Positions 20,773 through 31,991 of a stretch of 64,000 bases of DNA are shown here, in pieces (position 1 is the stretch's first letter; each line of letters starts with the position of its first letter). The stretch lies in the sequence record OQ992558.1; one strand, written 5' to 3'. A program made the translations under genes and the position numbers. Source of the stretch: Escherichia phage L14. The notes under the pieces were generated by a model. The model was given only the letters and a program-made list of their open reading frames with translations. It was not told the origin of the DNA and ran no database searches.

Positions 20773-23700
20773 ATGGCCGAGATTAAAAGAAAGTTCAGAG
20801 CAGAAGATGGTCTGGACGCAGGTGGCGATAAAATAATCAACGTAGCTTTAGCTGATCGTACCGTAGGAACTGACGGTGTTAACGTTGATTACTTAATTCA
20901 AGAAAACACAGTTCAACAATATGATCCAACTCGTGGATATTTAAAAGATTTTGTAATCATTTATAATAATCGTTTTTGGGCAGCAACGGATAATATTCCA
21001 AAACCTGCTGGAAATTTTAATAGAATTCGTTGGAAAGCATTACGTACTGATGCTGTATATACAACCGTATCATCTGGACCATATCAATTAAAATCCGGAG
21101 AAGCAATTTCAGTAGATACATCAGTTGGCAATGACATTGAGTTTACTTTACCACCTTCTCCGCTTGATGGAGAAACCGTAATAATTCAAGATATCGGTGG
21201 AAAACCTGGCATAAATCAGGTTAAAATAAATTCTTCAAATCAGAGTATTGTCAATTTTAGAGGTGAACAGGTACGTTCAGTTTTAATGACTCATCCAAAG
21301 TCACAGATGGTATTCATTTTTAATAACCGTTTGTGGCAAATGTATATTGCTGATTATAGCAGAGAAGCTGCGATTGTTACTCCATCGACTGCATATCAAG
21401 CACAATCTAATGATTTTATCGTGCGTAGATTTACTTCCGCTGCGCCGATTAATATTAAACTTCCAAGATTTGCCAATCATGGAGATATCATTAATTTCGT
21501 TGATTTAGATAAATTAAATCCACTTTATCATACAATTGTTACGACATATGATGAAACGACGTCAGTGCAAGAAGTTGGAACTCATTCCATTGAAGGCCGT
21601 ACATCGATTGACGGTTTCTTGATGTTTGACGATAATGAGAAATTGTGGAGATTGTTTGACGGGGATAGTAAAGCACGTTTACGCATTATAACAACTAATT
21701 CAAATATTCGTCCAAATGAAGAAGTCATGGTATTTGGTGCGAATAACGGAACAACCCAAACAATTGAACTTCAGCTTCCGACTGATATTTCTGTTGGTGA
21801 TACTGTTAAAATTTCCATGAATTACATGAGAAAAGGACAAACAGTTAAAATCAAAGCTGCTGGTGAAGATAAAATTGCTTCTTCAGTTCAATTGCTGCAA
21901 TTCCCAAAACGTTCAGAATATCCGCCTGAAGCTGAATGGGTAACAGTTCAAGAATTAGTTTTTAATGGTGAAACTAATTATGTACCAGTTTTACAGCTTG
22001 CTTATATCGAAGATTCTGATGGAAAATACTGGGTTGTACAGCAAAACGTTCCAACAGTTGAAAGAGTCGATTCTTTAAATAATTCTACTAGAGCAAGATT
22101 AGGCGTAATTGCTTTAGCTACACAAGCTCAAGCAAATGCTGATTTAGAAAATTCTCCACAAAAAGAATTAGCAATTACTCCAGAAACGTTAGCTAATCGT
22201 ACTGCTACTGAAACTCGCAGAGGTATTGCAAGAATAGCAACTACTGCTCAAGTAAATCAGAACACCACATTCTCTTTTGCAGATGACATTATCATCACTC
22301 CTAAAAAGCTGAATGAAAGAACTGCTACAGAAACTCGTAGAGGTGTTGCTGAAATTGCTACGCAGCAAGAAACTAATACAGGTACTGATGATACTACAAT
22401 CATCACTCCTAAAAAGCTTCAAGCTCGTCAAGGTTCTGAATCATTATCTGGTATTGTAACTTTTGTATCTACTGCAGGAGCTACTCCAGCTTCTAGTCGT
22501 GAATTAAATGGTACGAATGTTTATAATAAAAACACTAATAATTTAGTTGTTTCACCTAAAGCTTTGGATCAGTATAAAGCTACTCCAACGCAACAAGGCG
22601 CAGTAATTTTAGCAGTTGAAAGTGAAGTAATTGCTGGACAAAGCCAAGAAGGATGGGCAAATGCGGTTGTAACACCAGAAACGTTACATAAAAAGACATC
22701 AACTGATGGAAGAATTGGTTTAATTGAAATTGCTACGCAAAGCGAAGTTAATACAGGAACTGATTATACTCGCGCAGTCACTCCTAAAACTTTAAATGAC
22801 CGTAGAGCAACTGAAAGTTTAAGTGGTATAGCTGAAATTGCTACGCAAGTTGAATTCGACGCAGGCGTCGACGATACTCGTATCTCTACACCATTAAAAA
22901 TTAAAACCAGATTTAATAGTACTGATCGTACTTCTGTTGTTGCTCTATCTGGATTAGTTGAATCAGGAACTCTCTGGGACCATTATACCCTTAATATTCT
23001 TGAAGCAAATGAGACACAGCGTGGTACACTTCGTGTAGCTACACAAGTTGAAGCTGCTGCAGGAACATTGGATAATGTTCTAATAACTCCTAAAAAGCTT
23101 TTAGGTACTAAATCTACTGAAGCACAGGAAGGCGTTATTAAAGTTGCAACTCGGTCTGAAACTGTAGCTGGAACGTCAGCAAATACTGCTGTATCTCCAA
23201 AAAATTTAAAATGGATTGTGCAGAGTGAACCTACTTGGGCAGCGACTACTGCGATAAGAGGTTTTGTTAAAACTTCGTCTGGTTCAATTACATTCGTTGG
23301 TAATGATACAGCTGGTTCAACACAGCCATTAGAATCATATGAGAAAAATGGTTATGCAGTATCACCATATGAATTAAATCGCGTATTAGCAAATTATTTG
23401 CCATTAAAAGCAAAAGCCGTAGATAGTAATTTATTAGATGGTCTAGATTCGCTCCAGTTCATTCGTAGGGACATTGCACAAACAGTTAATGGTTCACTAA
23501 CCTTAACCCAACAAACGAATCTGGGTGCCCCTCTTGTATCATCTAGTACTGCTACATTCGGTGGATCAGTTTCAGCAAATAGTACATTAACTATTTCTAA
23601 TACTGGAACGGCAACTCGTCTGATTTTTGAGAAAGGACCTCAAACTGGAACAAACCCGGCTCAAACGATGACAGTCAGAGTGTGGGGAAATCAATTTAGC

Positions 23701-24642
23701 GGGGAATCAGACACAACACGTTCTACCGTATTTGAAGTTAGTGATGAAACGTCTAGTCATTTTTATTCTCAGCGTAATAAAGCTGGAAATATAACATTTA
23801 ATATCAACGGTACAGTAACACCGATAAATGTTAATGCTTCAGGAACATTGAATGCAAATGGTGTAGCAACATTTGGTAATTCAGTCACTGCAACTGGTGA
23901 AATTATTTCTCGAAGCGCAAATGCTTTCCGTGCTATTAGCGGAAATTATGGTTTCATTGTTCGCAATGACGGGTCAGTAACGAATTTTATGCTTACTGCA
24001 TCGGGTGATCAGACTGGTGGATTTAATGGATTACGTCCATTGTCCATTAATAATCAATCTGGGCAGGTCACAATTGGTGAAAGCTTGATCATTGCTAAAG
24101 GTGCTACTATAAATTCAGGTGGTTTAACTGTTAACTCGAGAATTCGTTCTCAGGGCACTAAAACATCTGATTTATACACCCGCGCTCCAACATCTGATAC
24201 TGTAGGATTCTGGTCAATTGATATTAACGATTCAGCCACTTATAACCAGTTCCCGGGTTATTTTAAAATGGTTGAAAAAACTAATGAAGTGACTGGGCTT
24301 CCATACTTAGAACGTGGCGAAGAAGTTAAATCTCCTGGTACATTGACTCAGTTTGGTAACACACTTGATTCACTTTACCAAGATTGGATTACTTATCCAA
24401 CGACCCCAGAAGCACGTACCACTCGCTGGACACGTACATGGCAAAAAACTAAAAACTCTTGGTCAAGTTTTGTTCAGGTATTTGATGGAGGTAACCCTCC
24501 TCAACCTTCGGATATAGGAGCAATTCCATCTGATAATGGAATAATAGGTAATCTTACTATTCGTGATTTCTTACGAATTGGTAATGTTCGCATTATTCCT
24601 GACCCAGTGAATAAAACTGTTAAATTTGAATGGGTTGAATAA
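20773..24642 (+). CDS. 34: gp34 long tail fibre proximal subunit (1289 aa)
   Basis: Length equals T4 gp34; first of the plus-strand 34-35-36-37-38 late operon. Confidence 0.93.
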   Translation: MAEIKRKFRAEDGLDAGGDKIINVALADRTVGTDGVNVDYLIQENTVQQYDPTRGYLKDFVIIYNNRFWAATDNIPKPAGNFNRIRWKALRTDAVYTTVSSGPYQLKSGEAISVDTSVGNDIEFTLPPSPLDGETVIIQDIGGKPGINQVKINSSNQSIVNFRGEQVRSVLMTHPKSQMVFIFNNRLWQMYIADYSREAAIVTPSTAYQAQSNDFIVRRFTSAAPINIKLPRFANHGDIINFVDLDKLNPLYHTIVTTYDETTSVQEVGTHSIEGRTSIDGFLMFDDNEKLWRLFDGDSKARLRIITTNSNIRPNEEVMVFGANNGTTQTIELQLPTDISVGDTVKISMNYMRKGQTVKIKAAGEDKIASSVQLLQFPKRSEYPPEAEWVTVQELVFNGETNYVPVLQLAYIEDSDGKYWVVQQNVPTVERVDSLNNSTRARLGVIALATQAQANADLENSPQKELAITPETLANRTATETRRGIARIATTAQVNQNTTFSFADDIIITPKKLNERTATETRRGVAEIATQQETNTGTDDTTIITPKKLQARQGSESLSGIVTFVSTAGATPASSRELNGTNVYNKNTNNLVVSPKALDQYKATPTQQGAVILAVESEVIAGQSQEGWANAVVTPETLHKKTSTDGRIGLIEIATQSEVNTGTDYTRAVTPKTLNDRRATESLSGIAEIATQVEFDAGVDDTRISTPLKIKTRFNSTDRTSVVALSGLVESGTLWDHYTLNILEANETQRGTLRVATQVEAAAGTLDNVLITPKKLLGTKSTEAQEGVIKVATRSETVAGTSANTAVSPKNLKWIVQSEPTWAATTAIRGFVKTSSGSITFVGNDTAGSTQPLESYEKNGYAVSPYELNRVLANYLPLKAKAVDSNLLDGLDSLQFIRRDIAQTVNGSLTLTQQTNLGAPLVSSSTATFGGSVSANSTLTISNTGTATRLIFEKGPQTGTNPAQTMTVRVWGNQFSGESDTTRSTVFEVSDETSSHFYSQRNKAGNITFNINGTVTPINVNASGTLNANGVATFGNSVTATGEIISRSANAFRAISGNYGFIVRNDGSVTNFMLTASGDQTGGFNGLRPLSINNQSGQVTIGESLIIAKGATINSGGLTVNSRIRSQGTKTSDLYTRAPTSDTVGFWSIDINDSATYNQFPGYFKMVEKTNEVTGLPYLERGEEVKSPGTLTQFGNTLDSLYQDWITYPTTPEARTTRWTRTWQKTKNSWSSFVQVFDGGNPPQPSDIGAIPSDNGIIGNLTIRDFLRIGNVRIIPDPVNKTVKFEWVE
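22150..23220 (+). repeat. intragenic repeats in gp34 (~6 copies of A-T-x-x-R-R-G-[IV]-A-x-I-A-T-Q...T-P-K-x-L)
   Basis: Motif recurs in the translation (RTATETRRGIARIAT, RTATETRRGVAEIAT, DGRIGLIEIAT, LSGIAEIAT, RGTLRVAT, QEGVIKVAT). Confidence 0.7.
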
Positions 24643-24650
24643 GAGGTATT

Positions 24651-25766
24651 ATGGAAAAATTTATGGCAGAGTTTGGACAAGGATATGTCCAAACGCCATT
24701 TTTATCGGAAAGCAATTCAGTAAGATATAAAATAAGCATAGCGGGCTCTTGCCCGCTTTCTACTGCAGGGCCATATGTTAAATTTCAGGATAATCCCGTT
24801 GGAAATCAAACATTTAGTGCAGGTCTTCATTTAAGAGTTTTTGACCCTTCTACGGGAGCATTAGTTGATAGCAAGTCATATGCTTTTTCTGCTTCAAACA
24901 ATACAACATCTGCCGCTTTTGTCAGTTTCATGAATTCTTTGTCAAACAATAGACTTGTTGCTATATTAACTAGCGGAAAGGTTAATTTTCCTCCTGAAGT
25001 GGTATCTTGGTTAAGGGGAGCAGGAACTTCAGTTTTTCCATCAGATTCAGTATTGTCAAGATTTGACGTGTCATATGCTGCTTTTTATACTTCTTCTAAA
25101 AGAGCTATTGCATTAGAGCATGTTAAACTAAGTAATAGAAAAAGCACAGATGATTATCAAACTATTTTAGATGTTGTATTTGATAGTTTAGAAGACGTCG
25201 GAGCTACAGGATTTCCTAAAAGAACATATGAAAGTGTAGAGCAATTCATGTCAGCAGTTGGTGGAACTAATAACGAAATTGCGCGATTGCCAACTTCAGC
25301 TGCTATAAGTAAACTTTCTGACTACAATTTAATTCCTGGTGATGTTCTTTATCTTAAAGCACAACTATATGCTGATGCTGATTTACTTGATCTTGGAACT
25401 ACAAATATATCTATTCGTTTTTATGATGCATCAAATGGATATATTTCCTCGACCCAAGCTGAGTTTACTGGGCAAGCTGGGTCTTGGGAATTAAAAGAAG
25501 ATTATGTAGTTGTTCCTGAAAATGCAGTAGGATTTACGATATATGCACAAAGAACTGCTCAAGCAGGTCAAGGCGGCATGAGAAATTTAAGTTTTTCTGA
25601 AGTATCAAGAAATGGCGGCATTTCAAAACCTGCCGAATTTGGCGTCAACGGTATTCGCGTTAATTATGTCTGTGAATCGGCTTCACCTCCAGATATAATG
25701 GTACTTCCTACACAAGCCTCTTCTAAAACTGGCAAAGTGTTTGGACAGGAATTTAGAGAAGTTTAA
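24651..25766 (+). CDS. 35: gp35 long tail fibre hinge connector (371 aa)
   Basis: Position and size; AAGAGG RBS. Confidence 0.88.
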   Translation: MEKFMAEFGQGYVQTPFLSESNSVRYKISIAGSCPLSTAGPYVKFQDNPVGNQTFSAGLHLRVFDPSTGALVDSKSYAFSASNNTTSAAFVSFMNSLSNNRLVAILTSGKVNFPPEVVSWLRGAGTSVFPSDSVLSRFDVSYAAFYTSSKRAIALEHVKLSNRKSTDDYQTILDVVFDSLEDVGATGFPKRTYESVEQFMSAVGGTNNEIARLPTSAAISKLSDYNLIPGDVLYLKAQLYADADLLDLGTTNISIRFYDASNGYISSTQAEFTGQAGSWELKEDYVVVPENAVGFTIYAQRTAQAGQGGMRNLSFSEVSRNGGISKPAEFGVNGIRVNYVCESASPPDIMVLPTQASSKTGKVFGQEFREV

Positions 25767-25771
25767 ACTGA

Positions 25772-25798
25772 GGGAGCCTTCGGGTTCCCTTTTTCTTT
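25772..25798 (+). terminator. rho-independent terminator after gene 35
   Basis: GGGAGCC-UUCG-GGUUCCC then UUUUUCUUU on plus strand. Confidence 0.7.
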
Positions 25799-25805
25799 AT
25801 AAATA
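25798..25805 (+). promoter_or_regulatory. T4 late promoter box TATAAATA for gene 36
   Basis: Exact TATAAATA ~24 nt upstream of gene 36 ATG. Confidence 0.65.
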
Positions 25806-25828
25806 ATATTAAAATAAAGGGGCATATA

Positions 25829-26479
25829 ATGGCTGATTTAAAAGTAGGTTCAACTGTAGGTGGATCTGTCATTTGGCATCAAGGAAATTTTCCATTGAAT
25901 TCAGCCGGTGACGATGTACTCTACAAATCATTTAAAATATATTCAGAATATAATAAACCACAGGCAGCTGATAACGATTTCGTTTCTAAAGCTAATGGTG
26001 GTACTTACACCGGTCCAATTACTATTAATTACGGGGTAAATAGTTATCTTCAATTAAGTAATAATGAAACCCCCATTCGAATTCGTTCTGGTGGCGGTAC
26101 CGGTAATACTCTTGTAGTTGGCGGCTCTTCCGGCGGTATTAGTTTTAGACCTGCAGGTAGTGAAATCACTACTGGACAAATTACTATTACACCAGAAGGT
26201 TTGACAACATTTACCAGGGCTGTAACGGCTCCATCGGTAACTGTTACATCTACTCCTTCCGCAGCATCTGATGTTACTCGCAAAGATTATGTTGATGGAG
26301 CAATAAATACTGTTACAGCAAATGCAAACTCTAGGGTATTACGCTCTGGAGACACTATGACAGGAAATTTAACTGCGCCAAACCTTTTTTCACAGAATCC
26401 TGCATCTCAACCTTCACACGTTCCACGATTTGACCAAATCGTAATTAAGGATTCTGTTCAAGATTTCGGCTATTATTAA
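25829..26479 (+). CDS. 36: gp36 long tail fibre distal connector (216 aa)
   Basis: Position and size. Confidence 0.85.
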   Translation: MADLKVGSTVGGSVIWHQGNFPLNSAGDDVLYKSFKIYSEYNKPQAADNDFVSKANGGTYTGPITINYGVNSYLQLSNNETPIRIRSGGGTGNTLVVGGSSGGISFRPAGSEITTGQITITPEGLTTFTRAVTAPSVTVTSTPSAASDVTRKDYVDGAINTVTANANSRVLRSGDTMTGNLTAPNLFSQNPASQPSHVPRFDQIVIKDSVQDFGYY

Positions 26480-26487
26480 GAGGACTT

Positions 26488-29472
26488 ATGGCTACTTTAA
26501 AACAAATACAATTTAAAAGAAGCAAAATTGCAGGTCAACGTCCTGCAGCTTCAGTATTAGCCGAAGGTGAATTGGCTATAAACTTAAAAGATAAAACAAT
26601 TTTCACAAAAGATGACTCAGGTAGTGTTATAGAATTAGGTTTAAAATATGGAGGAACAATTGATGGTTCTTTAACTGTTAATGGAAATATAATTGGAAAT
26701 TTAACAGGTAACGCTGCAACTGCAACGAAATTAAAAACAGCACGAAAAATTAATGGTATATCCTTTGATGGGTCAAAAGATATCACGCTAACTCCATCTG
26801 ACATAAATGTCAATAGCACAACGTTTATAAAAAATAATGGCGAATTACCTGTTGATGCTAATTTAGATACGTATGGGCCTGTTGAAGAATATCTTGGAGT
26901 TTGGTCGAAAGCAACTTCAACCAACGCTCAACCAGCAAATAAATTTCCAGAAGAAAATGCTGTAGGTGTGCTAGAAGTATTTGTGGCCGGTCAATTTGCT
27001 GGTACTCAGAGATATACAACTAGATACGGAAATGTTTATATTCGTTCCTTGACTGCTACATGGAACGGAGTAAATGGTCCGTGGAGTGTGTGGCGAAATA
27101 TTCAATCCGGTACTCGTCCACTGTCAACAACAATTGATCTTAATGATCTAGGAGGCGCTGAACACTTTGGTTTGTGGCGAAATAGTTCAAATTCCATTGC
27201 TACCTTTGACAGAAATTTCCCAGAAGAGGGGTCGTCAGCTCAAGGTCTTTTGGAAGTATATGAAGGTGGAAAATATTCTCGTACACAAAGATATACAACC
27301 AGATTTGGTGTTGTATATACTCGTTGTCTTGCTGCCGCGTGGGATGCTTCCGCGCCTAAATGGGGACCGTGGCAACAAGTCGGTAATGTCACACCAGCGA
27401 CTTTCTATGACGGAGATCTGAATGATTTTAAAACCCCTGGGTTATATAATATTTTAGGCACTGATGCCGTTATTAACTGTCCTACAGGTGAAGGTTTGCC
27501 GCCTGTTATTATTGGTTTACTGGAAGTTAAACAGCGTGCTTCCGGTGGTGCTATTTTCCAAAAATTTACTACTGCCGGAACGGGTGCAACTACTCGCGGA
27601 CGTATTTTTGAGCGTGCATATACTGGTGGTGCGTGGGGCGCATGGAACGAAGTATATACATCTTATTCTCTGCCAATTACTTTGGGTATGGGTGGTATTA
27701 AAACTCAATTAGCGGAGCTAGATTGGCAAACATTTGATTTTGTTCCTGGTAGTATGTTTAGCGTTCCTTTGAACAAAATAAAGAACATGCCAGCAAATAT
27801 GGATTGGGGCACGATTGATGGAAACTTGATTATGTTTTCCGTCGGTCCTAGCGAACACACTAGCACAGGGCGTACTGTTCAGGTTTGGCGTGGTACTGTA
27901 TCCCAGACAAACTACCGTTATTTTGTCGTTCGTGTATTCGGTAATTCAGGAAATAGAGCTTGCACAGTTCGTCGTGTTGTTCTTGAAGATGGTCGCCACA
28001 AATGGACAGCGCAACAAGATTTTAATGGTGCTGTTAACTTCGGTGCTCCTACCAATTTTAACTCTACTGTTAACCTTAATAACACTACCACTTTTAAAAC
28101 AGAAGTTAAATTTCGCTCATTGAATGCATTCCGTATGTATGGCGGAAAATTTGGTACATTTTTACGTAATGATGGAGAGAGTCTTTATATTCTTTCCACC
28201 GACGAAGATGATCAAGATGGAAACTTTAATACAAATAGACCTTTCCGTTATGAATTAAGAACTGGTGATGTTACTTTGGGTGGTGCTAGTGGTGCTAACG
28301 TTTTAAAATTAAAACGTGATTCTCTCACCGCATTTTTTGGTGGTGATATTAACATGAAAGGCTTGATGACTTTTGACGCCGGACGTTTAGGATCACGAGA
28401 TTATTTTAAATTTAACCATTGGGGTGATAGCAATAACGCTCGTGATAACATTATTCAGTTAGAAGATAGCAAAGGCGTTCATTTTTCCACTGAACGTACT
28501 TTAGCGACTGGTGCAATTAAAACTAAATTCTTTGGTGAAGTTGAATCAACTGGTCGATTGACTATTAAACGTCCGGGTGATGCGATTGTATTATCGACTA
28601 CAGCCAGCAACTCTTTGCATATTCGTGGTGACGTAGACGGGACTGGTAACTGGTATATTGGCAAGGGTGGTGCTGATAATGGATTAGCGTTCTATAGTTA
28701 TGCTACTAATGCTGGTGTATACATTACAAACGGAGGGGATATCGCGCTAAGTCCAAAAGGTGTCGAAATGGCTCAGGTCAATAACGTTCGATTATATGTT
28801 CATGGTGAACGTTGGACCGCTAGTCAACCAGGTGATTGGGGTAGTCAGTGGCAAGTGGAAGCGCCAATATTCGTCGATCATGGTTATGTTTCACAGGATT
28901 GTTATTATCCAATTATTAAAGGAAGAAGTGTAATCACCAATCAAGGGTATGTAACTGCCGTCGATCTTGGTATTCGTCGTGTCAATAACAATTGGGGACA
29001 AGCAATTATTCGTGTTGGATCTGCAGAGGCATCGCCAGCGGCTGGACACCCTAACGCGGTATTTGAATTTCATTACGACGGTACTTTCTATTCTCCTGGT
29101 AATGGTAATTTTAGCGATGTGTATATTCGTTCTGACTCCCGTCTCAAGATTAATAAAGAAGAATTAGAATATGGAGCGGTCGAAAAAGTTTGCCGACTAA
29201 AAGTTTATATTTACGATAAAGTTAAGTCTATTAAAGACCGTAGTGTTATTAAACGTGAAGTTGGTATTATTGCTCAGGACCTTGAAAAGGAATTGCCGGA
29301 AGCTGTATCTAAAGTTGAAGTTGATGGATCTGATGTTCTGACAATTTCTAACTCTGCTGTGAATGCTCTTTTAATTAAGGCCATTCAGGAAATGAGCGAA
29401 GAAATTAAAGAATTGAAAACACCTTTCTTCACTAAAATTGCTCGCAAAATTAGTAATTATTTTAAATTCTAA
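26488..29472 (+). CDS. 37: gp37 long tail fibre distal subunit (994 aa) with C-terminal chaperone-like domain
   Basis: Position/size; N-terminal region similar to gp36 N-terminus; internal duplicated QRYTTR-G-VY-R-L motifs. Confidence 0.9.
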   Translation: MATLKQIQFKRSKIAGQRPAASVLAEGELAINLKDKTIFTKDDSGSVIELGLKYGGTIDGSLTVNGNIIGNLTGNAATATKLKTARKINGISFDGSKDITLTPSDINVNSTTFIKNNGELPVDANLDTYGPVEEYLGVWSKATSTNAQPANKFPEENAVGVLEVFVAGQFAGTQRYTTRYGNVYIRSLTATWNGVNGPWSVWRNIQSGTRPLSTTIDLNDLGGAEHFGLWRNSSNSIATFDRNFPEEGSSAQGLLEVYEGGKYSRTQRYTTRFGVVYTRCLAAAWDASAPKWGPWQQVGNVTPATFYDGDLNDFKTPGLYNILGTDAVINCPTGEGLPPVIIGLLEVKQRASGGAIFQKFTTAGTGATTRGRIFERAYTGGAWGAWNEVYTSYSLPITLGMGGIKTQLAELDWQTFDFVPGSMFSVPLNKIKNMPANMDWGTIDGNLIMFSVGPSEHTSTGRTVQVWRGTVSQTNYRYFVVRVFGNSGNRACTVRRVVLEDGRHKWTAQQDFNGAVNFGAPTNFNSTVNLNNTTTFKTEVKFRSLNAFRMYGGKFGTFLRNDGESLYILSTDEDDQDGNFNTNRPFRYELRTGDVTLGGASGANVLKLKRDSLTAFFGGDINMKGLMTFDAGRLGSRDYFKFNHWGDSNNARDNIIQLEDSKGVHFSTERTLATGAIKTKFFGEVESTGRLTIKRPGDAIVLSTTASNSLHIRGDVDGTGNWYIGKGGADNGLAFYSYATNAGVYITNGGDIALSPKGVEMAQVNNVRLYVHGERWTASQPGDWGSQWQVEAPIFVDHGYVSQDCYYPIIKGRSVITNQGYVTAVDLGIRRVNNNWGQAIIRVGSAEASPAAGHPNAVFEFHYDGTFYSPGNGNFSDVYIRSDSRLKINKEELEYGAVEKVCRLKVYIYDKVKSIKDRSVIKREVGIIAQDLEKELPEAVSKVEVDGSDVLTISNSAVNALLIKAIQEMSEEIKELKTPFFTKIARKISNYFKF

Positions 29473-29504
29473 CAGCAGGGGGCTTTGCCCCTTTGGAGAA
29501 AATT

Positions 29505-30287
29505 ATGGCAGTAGTTGGTGTTCCTGGTTGGATTGGTAGTTCATCCGTAAATGAAACAGGACAACGATGGATGAGTCAAGCGGCTGGTCAATTAAGATTG
29601 GGTATTCCTTGCTGGATGAGTCAATTTGCAGGTCGCTCAAGAGAAATTATTCACACGCTTGGAGCAGACCATAACTTCAATGGTCAATGGTTCCGAGATA
29701 GATGTTTTGAGGCAGGTAGTGCACCTATAGTGTTTAATATCACTGGAGATTTAGTATCATATTCTAAAGATGTTCCTTTATTCTTCATGTACGGAGATAC
29801 ACCGAATGAATATGTTCAGTTGAACATACATGGTGTAACGATGTATGGCCGTGGCGGGAATGGCGGTAGCAATAGTCCTGGCTCAGCTGGGGGTCATTGT
29901 ATTCAAAATGATATTGGTGGGAGACTAAGAATTAATAATGGTGGAGCTATTGCTGGCGGCGGTGGCGGCGGGGGCGGCGGGTATTATTCTCCTTTTTCAC
30001 AAATGAGATTGACCTTTGGCGGTGGCGGCGGTCGTCCGTTTGGCGCACCGGGCGGATCTATTGATATGCAATCAGGAGCAACTGCTGGTACTATTTCTGC
30101 GCCAGGCGCAGGGTCTGTGAACGGTATCTACAACGGCGGGTCTGGTGGTGAAGTTGGCTCCGCAGGAGGTAGATGTAATATTCGTGGTCAAGGATATGAA
30201 TACGATGGCGGAGCTGCTGGTTATGCCGTCATAGGGTCTACACCGACATGGCAAAACGTTGGAGCAATATATGGTCCAAGAGTATAA
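29505..30287 (+). CDS. 38: gp38 tail-fibre adhesin with glycine-rich motifs (260 aa; ATG at 29505 with GGAG RBS)
   Basis: Poly-Gly runs ([18 protein letters not shown]) as in T2-type gp38; unlike the 183-aa T4 chaperone. Confidence 0.85.
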   Translation: MAVVGVPGWIGSSSVNETGQRWMSQAAGQLRLGIPCWMSQFAGRSREIIHTLGADHNFNGQWFRDRCFEAGSAPIVFNITGDLVSYSKDVPLFFMYGDTPNEYVQLNIHGVTMYGRGGNGGSNSPGSAGGHCIQNDIGGRLRINNGGAIAGGGGGGGGGYYSPFSQMRLTFGGGGGRPFGAPGGSIDMQSGATAGTISAPGAGSVNGIYNGGSGGEVGSAGGRCNIRGQGYEYDGGAAGYAVIGSTPTWQNVGAIYGPRV

Positions 30288-30319
30288 TTTTTGAATAAAT
30301 ACCCTTAAAAGGAGGGTCT

Positions 30320-30976
30320 ATGGCAGCACCTAGAATATCATTTTCGCCCTCTGATATTCTATTTGGTGTTCTAGATCGCTTGTTCAAAGATAACGCTACC
30401 GGGAAAGTTCTTGCTTCCCGGGTAGCTGTCGTAATTCTTTTGTTTATGATGGCGATTGTTTGGTATAGGGGAGATAGTTTCTTTGAGTACTATAAGCAAT
30501 CAAAGTATGAAACATACAGTGAAATTATTGAAAAGGAAAGAAATGCACGCTTTGAATCTGTCGCCCTGGAACAACTCCAGATAGTTCACATATCATCTGA
30601 GGCAGACTTTAGTGCGGTGTATTCTTTCCGCCCTAAAAACTTAAACTATTTTGTTGATATTATAGCATATGAAGGAAAATTACCTTCAACAATAAGTGAA
30701 AAATCACTTGGAGGATATCCTGTTGATAAAACTATGGATGAATATACAGTTCATTTAAATGGACGTCATTATTATTCCGACTCAAAATTTGCTTTTTTAC
30801 CAACTAAAAAGCCTACTCCCGAAATAAACTACATGTACAGTTGTCCATATTTTAATTTGGATAATATCTATGCTGGAACGATAACCATGTACTGGTATAG
30901 AAATGATCATATAAGTAATGACCGCCTTGAATCAATATGTGCTCAGGCGGCCAGAATATTAGGAAGGGCTAAATAA
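30320..30976 (+). CDS. t: holin (218 aa)
   Basis: Near-identical to recalled T4 holin T (MAAPRISFSPSDILFGVLDRLFKDNATGKV...). Confidence 0.95.
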   Translation: MAAPRISFSPSDILFGVLDRLFKDNATGKVLASRVAVVILLFMMAIVWYRGDSFFEYYKQSKYETYSEIIEKERNARFESVALEQLQIVHISSEADFSAVYSFRPKNLNYFVDIIAYEGKLPSTISEKSLGGYPVDKTMDEYTVHLNGRHYYSDSKFAFLPTKKPTPEINYMYSCPYFNLDNIYAGTITMYWYRNDHISNDRLESICAQAARILGRAK

Positions 30977-31249
30977 TTATTTGTTCGTATACATTTCTAG
31001 ATATCGATATACACCCTCAAAACCCTCGTTGAATTCATCGATGAGGGTTTTCTTATCTTCTTGAGTTAATTCAGAAACAATTTTACGAAATGAATTCTGA
31101 TTTAACTTTCTACCTTCATGCGTTACTCCAATCTCATTAAGAAATGCAATAAAATTAGCACGATTCTCAACAATATCTTCTCTGGAAAATTTAATCAAAA
31201 TAGATGCAACAGTAATAATTTCACGAACTGTATCAATGTTTTTATTCAT
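30977..31249 (-). CDS. asiA: anti-sigma70 factor AsiA (90 aa)
   Basis: Matches recalled T4 AsiA; stop codon abuts the t stop (TAATTA). Confidence 0.92.
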   Translation of the reverse strand: MNKNIDTVREIITVASILIKFSREDIVENRANFIAFLNEIGVTHEGRKLNQNSFRKIVSELTQEDKKTLIDEFNEGFEGVYRYLEMYTNK

Positions 31250-31261
31250 TAACTATACCAC

Positions 31262-31414
31262 TCAATTAGTTGACTTTGTTATAATATCATCAGACGCTTG
31301 ATTTGTAAACTGGTCTGTGTTATTTTCTTCAAAAATTTTTTCTACGAATTCCTTGAACGACTCGCGTTCCTGAGCTACATTATGCTCGATTACCTTTTCA
31401 AGATTATGACTCAT
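31262..31414 (-). CDS. small acidic ORF (50 aa)
   Basis: Hand-translated; ATGA overlap with upstream ORF stop; below ORF-track size cut-off. Confidence 0.35.
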   Translation of the reverse strand: MSHNLEKVIEHNVAQERESFKEFVEKIFEENNTDQFTNQASDDIITKSTN

Positions 31415-31689
31415 TCGAAATAATCTTCAATTTCGTAATCATGGACATAAATCATTATAGTTTTTAATACATCATCAATACTTTTTCCTGGAGCTGGAAT
31501 TACGTAAAAATATCCTGCTTTTGAGAGGTCTTTATAAGTTCCAATCAAGAAATCATTATTCTCAAGATGTAACTCTTCAACTAATTCATTGACAATTGAA
31601 TGGTATAGGTTTGGTAGAAACTTATATAGCTTTTCTAGAATATCAATTTTGATTGTGTATTGAACCATGGACTGAGAATCAATAATCAT
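31411..31689 (-). CDS. arn: Arn-like anti-restriction protein (92 aa)
   Basis: Acidic 92-aa ORF adjacent to asiA as in T4. Confidence 0.55.
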   Translation of the reverse strand: MIIDSQSMVQYTIKIDILEKLYKFLPNLYHSIVNELVEELHLENNDFLIGTYKDLSKAGYFYVIPAPGKSIDDVLKTIMIYVHDYEIEDYFE

Positions 31690-31766
31690 AGACCTTCCCC
31701 TTATGTTTCTGTTTGCGATTAGATTCTTTAAACGCTTTCTTCTTATCCTTATGGACAGAAGCTTTA

Positions 31767-31991
31767 TTAAAATTGTGTTTTGCGACTAAATTGTTCATAG
31801 TGCTGAATTACCTCTCTCAAACACTTGCATGTGAATGAAAACTTTTTAGCTACACCACATTCAAATATATGTTCTCTTAAATCACGTGTGTCAGTATATC
31901 CCATCTCAACAATAAAATGTCTTATTAGATTTTTATCTTTATCATTGAGAGAATTAAAATAATCGGATTTTGAATTAATTTCCCTGGCCAA
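31767..31991 (-). CDS. hypothetical protein (74 aa)
   Basis: ORF in arn-motA interval. Confidence 0.45.
   Translation of the reverse strand: MAREINSKSDYFNSLNDKDKNLIRHFIVEMGYTDTRDLREHIFECGVAKKFSFTCKCLREVIQHYEQFSRKTQF

Noticed and set aside
22189-22431. Minus-strand ORFs inside tail-fibre genes 34, 37 and 38 (22189-22431, 26050-26283, 26535-26924, 27517-27708, 28479-28664, 28891-29073, 30072-30254)
   Set aside because: They lie within long, well-supported plus-strand structural genes and are products of repetitive Gly/Ser/Thr-rich codons on the opposite strand.
22150-23220. gp34 internal repeats as a possible mobile or variable-repeat element
   Set aside because: The repeats are in-frame structural motifs of the fibre shaft, not a tandem DNA repeat with unit conservation at nucleotide level.
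29477-29491. Possible terminator hairpin between genes 37 and 38 (ggggc ttt gcccc)
   Set aside because: The loop is only 3 nt and no U-tract follows before the gene 38 RBS; more likely part of the translational coupling region.
30285-30319. Late promoter for gene t (tgaataaata)
   Set aside because: One mismatch from TATAAATA at the first position; kept out of the feature list because a single near-match in AT-rich DNA is weak evidence.
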